From positions 1 to 32,000 of the forward strand of contig JBIIKZ010000009.1 in the NCBI GenBank assembly GCA_044232905.1: 32,000 nucleotides of DNA, written 5' to 3'. Numbering within the stretch: position 1 is the stretch's first letter; every line of letters starts with the position of its first letter. Below are positions 26,678 to 32,000 of the stretch, piece by piece. This stretch comes from Crocinitomicaceae bacterium. Lineage in GTDB: Bacteria > Bacteroidota > Bacteroidia > Flavobacteriales_D > Crocinitomicaceae. The notes under the pieces were generated by a model. The model had not been told where the DNA came from and did not search any database. It saw only the letters and a list, made by a program, of their open reading frames with translations. The translations under genes and the position numbers were made by a program.

Positions 26678-26685
26678 TATTTTTG
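26678..26685 (+). promoter_or_regulatory. Bacteroidota-type -7 promoter box TATTTTTG upstream of ddl (divergent from the PASTA gene promoter box at 26631-26638)
   Basis: Exact TAnnTTTG match 19 nt upstream of the ddl ATG (26705). A mirror box for the - strand gene sits in the same 93-nt intergenic region. Confidence 0.4.
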
Positions 26686-26704
26686 GGTATTCAATTCGAA
26701 CACT

Positions 26705-27667
26705 ATGAAACACATTGCGATATTATGCGGAGGATTTTCTTCCGAGTTTGAAATTTCCAAAAAAAGTGCAACAACTATTCTTAACAATTTTCCGGAAGGG
26801 TATTTTCCATTTTTGGTAGAAGTGACAAAAGAAGGTTGGACCGCTTTAATTTCCAATCAACGAGTAGCTTATAATCCATGGGAACAATCCTATTCTTGTG
26901 AAGGACAAAAAAGACAAATCGACGCAGCAATAATATACATTCATGGTAATCCAGGAGAGAATGGCAAAATTCAGGCCATGCTTGAAATGCAAGAAATTCC
27001 TTATGTCAATTCAGGTTCATTAGCATCCGAATTATCCTTTGACAAATGGTATTGTAATCAGTTTTTGAAAGGTTTTGATATTCCAGTAGCAAAATCTTTG
27101 TTACTAACTAAAATTAATGATTTTACATCTGAGGAAATTATTTATAACCTTGGATTACCATGTTTTGTTAAACCATCTGATTCTGGCTCAAGTTATGGAA
27201 TTTCAAAAGTTAATACTCAGGAAGCATTACAACCAGCACTTGAAAAAGCTTTCGCAGAAGGAAGAACTGTTGTTATTGAATCCTTTTTAAAAGGGACCGA
27301 AGTTACTTGTGGCGTTTACAATTCCGAAGCATGTATACAAACCCTTCCAATTACTGAAATTGTAAGTGAAAATGAATTTTTCGACTTCGAAGCGAAGTAT
27401 CTTGGTAAATCGGAAGAAATTATTCCTGCTCGTATTAGTGAAATTGAAGTTCGTCGCGTAAATGAATTGAGCATTAAAATTTATCAACTACTTAAATTAC
27501 GTTCAATCGCACGAATCGATTTTATGCTTGTAAACGAAATTCCACATGTTATTGAAGTGAATACCACTCCGGGATTTTCAGAGGCGAGTATCGTACCGCG
27601 TATGTTAGCATACCAAGGTAAGAGCATCAAAGAATTTTGGAGAGATATTCTTCAAAAAGAACTATAA
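26705..27667 (+). CDS. ddl: D-alanine--D-alanine ligase
   Basis: Start moved to the ATG at 26705 (MKHIAILCGGFSSEFEIS, the canonical Ddl N-terminus). ATP-grasp motifs FVKPSDSGSSYGISKV, EVTCGV and IARIDFML....HVIEVNTTPGFSE.S..P. Confidence 0.92.
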   Translation: MKHIAILCGGFSSEFEISKKSATTILNNFPEGYFPFLVEVTKEGWTALISNQRVAYNPWEQSYSCEGQKRQIDAAIIYIHGNPGENGKIQAMLEMQEIPYVNSGSLASELSFDKWYCNQFLKGFDIPVAKSLLLTKINDFTSEEIIYNLGLPCFVKPSDSGSSYGISKVNTQEALQPALEKAFAEGRTVVIESFLKGTEVTCGVYNSEACIQTLPITEIVSENEFFDFEAKYLGKSEEIIPARISEIEVRRVNELSIKIYQLLKLRSIARIDFMLVNEIPHVIEVNTTPGFSEASIVPRMLAYQGKSIKEFWRDILQKEL

Positions 27668-27668
27668 A

Positions 27669-29120
27669 TTACTGCAGATATAAGGCATTCATAATTGCTT
27701 CCATTTTCTTCATGATAGCATTATTAGAGCAAGAATAATTGTTGACAATTAGCGCAAAGGCTATTTTTTTACCAGAGCCCGTTTCGACATAGCCTGCATA
27801 GGACTTAATTCTGCGCATGGTTCCACTTTTTGCATAAATTTTTCCTTCGGCACATTGTCCTTTACAAAAGGATGCTAAAGTTCCAGATACACCCGCCACT
27901 GGAAGTGTAGCTTTAAAAACTTCACGATTCTTCGACAAATACATATATTTTAACAATCCACAATAATTTTTAGCACTCACACTATTGGACCTGGAAAGTC
28001 CACTTCCATCTGTCAAATTCATGCCTATGGTATTGATTCTAGAAGCCCAATGTTCTTCCATCGCTTTCACGCCATTCTCCGTTGTACCCTCCCCAAATTT
28101 TTCATAACCTATCCAGGCATTTAATGTTTCAGCAAACACATTAATGCTTTTCATATTCGTCCAATAGGCAATTTCTTTTAAAGATTTCCCGGTATGTTCA
28201 AGTACCAATTGTAATTTGGAATAATCGATTGGCAGGTTTAATTTATCTTGATTTCCGCGACAGGAAATTAATTGACCCTCCACTTGTATTCCTCTTAATA
28301 GTAAAACCTCTTTGAAAGCTTGTAGAAATTGAAGTTCAGGATCTGGCATACTTCCTTTCACTATGAAAACAGGTGAATTTGATGATAATGAGCCTCTTAT
28401 TGTCCTGTCATAATTATATGGACCTCCATAAATTACCGAATTATCACCTACCCCATTTACAGCAATCAATTGATTCTTCAAAGTTAGATTCGGAACTACA
28501 GGGAAAGTTTTTAGCAGGATAGGTTTTAATTTTGGGGCTGGAACTTGAAAATAATAGCGAATCCAGTTATCATAAATAGAGAGTCCAGCAGGAAAAGCGC
28601 CGTAATAGTTCCCAATATCATCATACGCCCAGCCATTAGGTACACCATTATATCCAAAAGCAGAGCCATCCCCTATTAAATCTCCAGAAATTTTTCGTAT
28701 CCCTTTTTTATAGAGGGAATCGACCCAGCTCCATAAAAATTGACTTAAACTATCTTCTGCATTAAAATATTGACTTCCAAGTGAAATGTCTGCCGCACCA
28801 CGTATGTATAAATTTCCTTGTAAAATAGAATCTTTAGCTACGAAGGTATTTGTGTAAATTTTTGTTTTTGGAGAAAAATTAGGCCCTAATAATTCAATAG
28901 CGGTAGCAGTAGAGAACAACTTAACAGTAGATGCTGGAGGTAAAGAAATTGAATCTTTGATACTACCTACAACTGAATCATTTGTTAAGTTTATAGCTAA
29001 AAAACTAATTGAGGCATTTGCTAAACTTTTATCTTTTTGGAAAGCAGTTAATACACTATCCAAATTTGCTTGCGAGAAAACAAGGGGGCAAAAAAAAGAG
29101 AAAAAAATAGCTACTTTCAT
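27669..29120 (-). CDS. dacB: D-alanyl-D-alanine carboxypeptidase/endopeptidase, PBP4 family (peptidase S13)
   Basis: ATG at 29120 (MKVAIFFSFFCPLVFSQ signal peptide) preferred over 29180. SxxK = PASTVKLFST. DGSGLSRSN (SxN region). KSGTM (KTG box). Length and layout are typical of PBP4. Confidence 0.85.
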   Translation of the reverse strand: MKVAIFFSFFCPLVFSQANLDSVLTAFQKDKSLANASISFLAINLTNDSVVGSIKDSISLPPASTVKLFSTATAIELLGPNFSPKTKIYTNTFVAKDSILQGNLYIRGAADISLGSQYFNAEDSLSQFLWSWVDSLYKKGIRKISGDLIGDGSAFGYNGVPNGWAYDDIGNYYGAFPAGLSIYDNWIRYYFQVPAPKLKPILLKTFPVVPNLTLKNQLIAVNGVGDNSVIYGGPYNYDRTIRGSLSSNSPVFIVKGSMPDPELQFLQAFKEVLLLRGIQVEGQLISCRGNQDKLNLPIDYSKLQLVLEHTGKSLKEIAYWTNMKSINVFAETLNAWIGYEKFGEGTTENGVKAMEEHWASRINTIGMNLTDGSGLSRSNSVSAKNYCGLLKYMYLSKNREVFKATLPVAGVSGTLASFCKGQCAEGKIYAKSGTMRRIKSYAGYVETGSGKKIAFALIVNNYSCSNNAIMKKMEAIMNALYLQ

Positions 29121-29258
29121 GTTACAAAAATGGGGTGTAATTGCCCATGAAATTAGTAGTCTACTAAAACTTTTTAACATTAAACCTTCAATAACCTTTC
29201 CGTATTAAGCATAAAACTCAAGTTCAAAATTTTAATTTAGCAAGTTAAAAACTAGTAT

Positions 29259-30431
29259 ATGCCCAGAGTATTACGTATTATCAATCGATTCAATATTGGA
29301 GGCCCAACCTACAACGCAACATTTCTTACACGATTTTTACATGAAGACTTTGAAACCTTATTAATTGGTGGTTTACCTGAAGAAGGGGAATCAGACTCCC
29401 TTCATATTCCAGGAGAATATGGGATTACACCCACAATTATTGAAGAATTAAAACGTAAACCCAATATAAAATCAGACCGAGAGGCATATAAAAAAATTAA
29501 AGAAATTATACTTGAGTTCAATCCAGACATTGTACATACACATGCTTCCAAAGCAGGGGCAATTGGTCGAAGAGCAGCATATGCTTGTAATGTACCTGTA
29601 ATTATTCATACATTTCATGGACATGTTTTCCACTCTTATTTTGGACAACTAAAAACAAAATTATTTAAATATATCGAACGAAAACTTGCGAGAAAATCAA
29701 CAGCAATAGTAGCAATCAGCGAAATTCAGAAAAAAGAATTATCGGAAATCCACCATATTTGTCCTGCAGAAAAAATTCATGTTATTCCTTTAGGTTTTGA
29801 TTTACAGAAATTCCAGAATAATAGTATTGAAAAGCGAAAAATTACACGAGATACCTATCAATTACAAGAAGATGATGTAGCAGTTGCAATCATTGGTCGA
29901 CTAACCAAAATTAAAAATCATGCGTTTTTTTTAGAAGTTGTTGAAAATTTATTGCGAAAACAAGTAGGAAACGCTACTTTTTTTATCGTTGGAGATGGGG
30001 AACTAATGGATGAAATTCAAGAAAAAGTTTCTGTTTTAATTGAAAAATACCAAGCGAAAATAATACTTACCTCTTGGATTAAAGACATTGCAACATTTAA
30101 TGCCGGAATGGATATAATTTGTTTGACTTCAGACAATGAAGGTACACCTGTAAGTTTGATCGAAGCACAAGCCTCAAATGTGCCAATTATAACAAGCGAT
30201 GTTGGCGGAGTTAAGGATATCCTCCTCGAAGGAAAAACAGGCTTTGTAATAAAAAGAGGAGATTTAGAAGATTACGTGAAAAAATTGGGAAATTTGATAA
30301 ATAATAAAGAACTTCGCATGGAATTATCTTCGAATGGATGGAATTTTGTGAAAGAAAAATTTCATTACACACGATTGACGAGAGATATGGAAGAATTATA
30401 TCGAAAATTATTGGAGAAAAATGCGAAATAG
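29259..30431 (+). CDS. Glycosyltransferase family 4 (GT-B fold)
   Basis: 390 aa. N-terminal RIINRFNIGGP nucleotide-sugar GT4 pattern, HTHASKAG, and a C-terminal EGTPVSLIEAQASNVPIITSDVGG...G.TG (E-x7-E-like region). Confidence 0.8.
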   Translation: MPRVLRIINRFNIGGPTYNATFLTRFLHEDFETLLIGGLPEEGESDSLHIPGEYGITPTIIEELKRKPNIKSDREAYKKIKEIILEFNPDIVHTHASKAGAIGRRAAYACNVPVIIHTFHGHVFHSYFGQLKTKLFKYIERKLARKSTAIVAISEIQKKELSEIHHICPAEKIHVIPLGFDLQKFQNNSIEKRKITRDTYQLQEDDVAVAIIGRLTKIKNHAFFLEVVENLLRKQVGNATFFIVGDGELMDEIQEKVSVLIEKYQAKIILTSWIKDIATFNAGMDIICLTSDNEGTPVSLIEAQASNVPIITSDVGGVKDILLEGKTGFVIKRGDLEDYVKKLGNLINNKELRMELSSNGWNFVKEKFHYTRLTRDMEELYRKLLEKNAK

Positions 30432-31188
30432 TATACTTAAATTTAGTTTTTTATTTTCACTACTCACATTCATTTCATCCTGTGCAGTTCAAAAATCACG
30501 CATTTTTAAAATCCCTAGAGGGACTGAATATGCATTCGATACACTTACCCCTGAAACTAACAAAGAATACAAAATTGCAGTTGGGGATAAAATTAGTTTC
30601 TCTGTACTTACGAATAATGGCGAAAGGATGTTTTTAACACCTTCAGCTGGAGGAAACACTGGAGAATATGGGAAAGGGGAAATCACCGTTAAACAGGATA
30701 GTACAGCATTCTTACCATTAATTGGGAATATACACTTGGTAGGATTAACTACAACAGAAGCAGAAGAAGTATTTAAACGTGAATTTTCAAAATTCATCAA
30801 TGATCCATATGTAAGATTATCCGTGTCAAATGCTCGGATCGTATTATTCAAAGGTGTTGGTTCAACAGCAAGCATCATACCAATACCAAATAACAAAACT
30901 ACAATTTTAGAAGTAATTGCTATGTCAGGAGGAATCCCTGAAAGAGGGGATGCAAAAACAATTAAATTAGTTCGAAAAGAAAACGGTATTCGAAAAATCT
31001 ATTTAATTGATTTATCTACGATTGATAAAATTGAAAATGGAGATATGTTGGTACAATCCAATGATTACATCTATATCGAATCTAACATTAATTATGTGCA
31101 GGAGTTTACCAAAGAATTTCAGCAAGTTGTAGCACCTGTCTCATTGATAGTCACATCCATAACCTTATATAAAACTTTCGTCAAGTGA
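30421..31188 (+). CDS. Polysaccharide export outer-membrane lipoprotein, Wza-like (Poly_export + SLBB)
   Basis: 255 aa. Lipoprotein signal FSLLTFISSC. YKIAVGDKISFSV (Poly_export motif). VGLTTTEAEEVFKREFSKFINDPYV. SLBB-like TILEVIAMSGGIPERGDAKTIKLVR. ATG overlaps the GT4 3' end by 11 nt. Confidence 0.85.
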   Translation: MRNSILKFSFLFSLLTFISSCAVQKSRIFKIPRGTEYAFDTLTPETNKEYKIAVGDKISFSVLTNNGERMFLTPSAGGNTGEYGKGEITVKQDSTAFLPLIGNIHLVGLTTTEAEEVFKREFSKFINDPYVRLSVSNARIVLFKGVGSTASIIPIPNNKTTILEVIAMSGGIPERGDAKTIKLVRKENGIRKIYLIDLSTIDKIENGDMLVQSNDYIYIESNINYVQEFTKEFQQVVAPVSLIVTSITLYKTFVK

Positions 31189-32000
31189 TAGAAGCACCAA
31201 AAGGCATAATCGTTAATAAGGGTTTTTATCCACATATTATACGAAACATCTTAAGAAGGTATTGGTATTTTCCAATATTAACACTTGGATTTTTTTATGT
31301 TGTTGGGTATTTTTATTTGAGATATACAAAAGCAGTTTATGAATCAAATTCTGTTATCCAAATTTCTGATCAAGACCAAAGTAAAGAAGTTATTGGAATT
31401 GATAATGCCATAGCCGCAAAGGATATTTCCGCAGAAATACAATTTTTAAGCTCCCCTTTTCTGTTTGAAAAAGCGCTTGGAAAATTAAATCTAAAAGTTA
31501 GTGCGTATGCGGAAGGAAAAATCTTAACAGAAGATTTATACAACAAAAGTTCTTTCAAAATCAACCTATTACAAATAACAGATTCTACTATTCTAGACAA
31601 ACCTATTTTTATCAAATCGATTGAAGGTTCAACAATCGTTTTAGAATACTTAAATGGAAATAAAAAAAACAAAATTTACGGAAAAATAAACAACACGATT
31701 ATTTGTTCTAAATTTCAAGTCTTTATATCGGTACCGAATTATAACTCATTTATTTCTTCCGTTAATGGAAATAGAATCTATTTTACCATTAATAGTAAAA
31801 AAGCTTTATTTACAAAGTTTTTCCCTAATCTACTTGTTACACCATTAGACCCGGCAGCCAAAACAATAGGCATTAGTTTTTCGCATGAGAATGAAAACAT
31901 ATGTCATGACATTGTGGATGCTGTAACAACCTCCTTTTTTGATTATGATGAAGAAATCAGAACACAAGGAGCAAACAATAGTTTATTATTTATAGAAAGT
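31185..32000 (+). CDS. Polysaccharide co-polymerase / chain-length determinant (Wzz-type N-terminal domain; possibly a tyrosine-kinase fusion), 3'-truncated by the window edge
   Basis: Absent from the ORF track (open to the right edge, 272 codons). The GTG at 31185 overlaps the Wza-like stop (GTGA). TM helix YWYFPILTLGFFYVVGYFYL followed by YESNSVIQI....., AAKDISAEIQFLSSPFLFEKAL and LLVTPLDPAAKTIGISFSHENENICHDIVDAVT, typical of Wzz/GumC-like PCP proteins. Confidence 0.7.
   Translation, partial: MIEAPKGIIVNKGFYPHIIRNILRRYWYFPILTLGFFYVVGYFYLRYTKAVYESNSVIQISDQDQSKEVIGIDNAIAAKDISAEIQFLSSPFLFEKALGKLNLKVSAYAEGKILTEDLYNKSSFKINLLQITDSTILDKPIFIKSIEGSTIVLEYLNGNKKNKIYGKINNTIICSKFQVFISVPNYNSFISSVNGNRIYFTINSKKALFTKFFPNLLVTPLDPAAKTIGISFSHENENICHDIVDAVTTSFFDYDEEIRTQGANNSLLFIES

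Noticed and set aside
26612-26713. Long N-terminal extensions in the ORF track: PASTA gene to 26713, ddl from 26648, OmpA-family from 22376, dacB from 29180, lptC from 13340, 107-aa ORF from 16455
   Set aside because: The extensions would make divergent genes overlap across their own promoter boxes, or would bury signal peptides. Internal ATGs give canonical N-termini (MKHIAILCGG for Ddl; signal or TM peptides for the others).
30489-30896. 135-aa - strand ORF, and the 30338..30637 + strand ORF
   Set aside because: The first is antisense to the well-supported Wza-like gene. The second is an out-of-frame overlap of the GT4/Wza junction.
1-32000. Search for CRISPR arrays, tandem repeats, IS elements, integrases, phage or defence islands, toxin-antitoxin pairs
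   Set aside because: I saw no direct-repeat/spacer periodicity, no transposase- or recombinase-like ORF, no terminal inverted repeats flanking a block and no abrupt composition shift. Apart from the unknowns listed, the genes are housekeeping or envelope genes in a conserved-looking arrangement.

Overview
AT-rich (about one-third G+C by eye), tightly packed chromosomal window that reads as core genome of a Flavobacteriia-type Bacteroidota bacterium. Supporting signs are a T9SS C-terminal sorting domain, a SusC-like CarboxypepD_reg+plug barrel, recurrent TAnnTTTG promoter boxes and a PASTA / rluD / ddl / dacB neighbourhood. I call 27 protein-coding genes. Two are cut by the window edges and are therefore absent from the ORF track: 1..3872 (-) and 31185..32000 (+). 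I also call RNase P RNA (rnpB), tRNA-Phe(GAA), two intrinsic terminators and a few promoter boxes. Left to right the window holds: a giant secreted protein and an oversized TonB-dependent-receptor-like barrel (operon, - strand); an Sfp-type PPTase, a GGGPS/PcrB-type prenyltransferase and a rhomboid; sixA; rnpB; tRNA-Phe; coaX, a FadL/PorV-like barrel, lptC, a small membrane protein and rnhA; a degenerate CTP-synthase-type amidotransferase domain with a lipoprotein; a small hypothetical; pepP and an alpha/beta hydrolase; a helical-repeat hypothetical; TerC; a TPR/beta-propeller/OmpA protein; rluD; T9SS cargo; a PASTA protein; ddl; dacB; and GT4, a Wza-like exporter and a Wzz-like co-polymerase. 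I saw no CRISPR array, transposase, integrase, phage genes, toxin-antitoxin pair or recognisable defence genes, and no obvious compositional island. I could not find a convincing new multi-gene system. The best leads are (i) the non-canonical 1303-aa barrel with its partner of at least 1290 aa, (ii) a GATase pseudoenzyme whose catalytic triad is replaced and which carries a CGFC motif, and (iii) the PPTase-GGGPS adjacency. All functional calls rest on motif recognition by eye, and no database search was possible.
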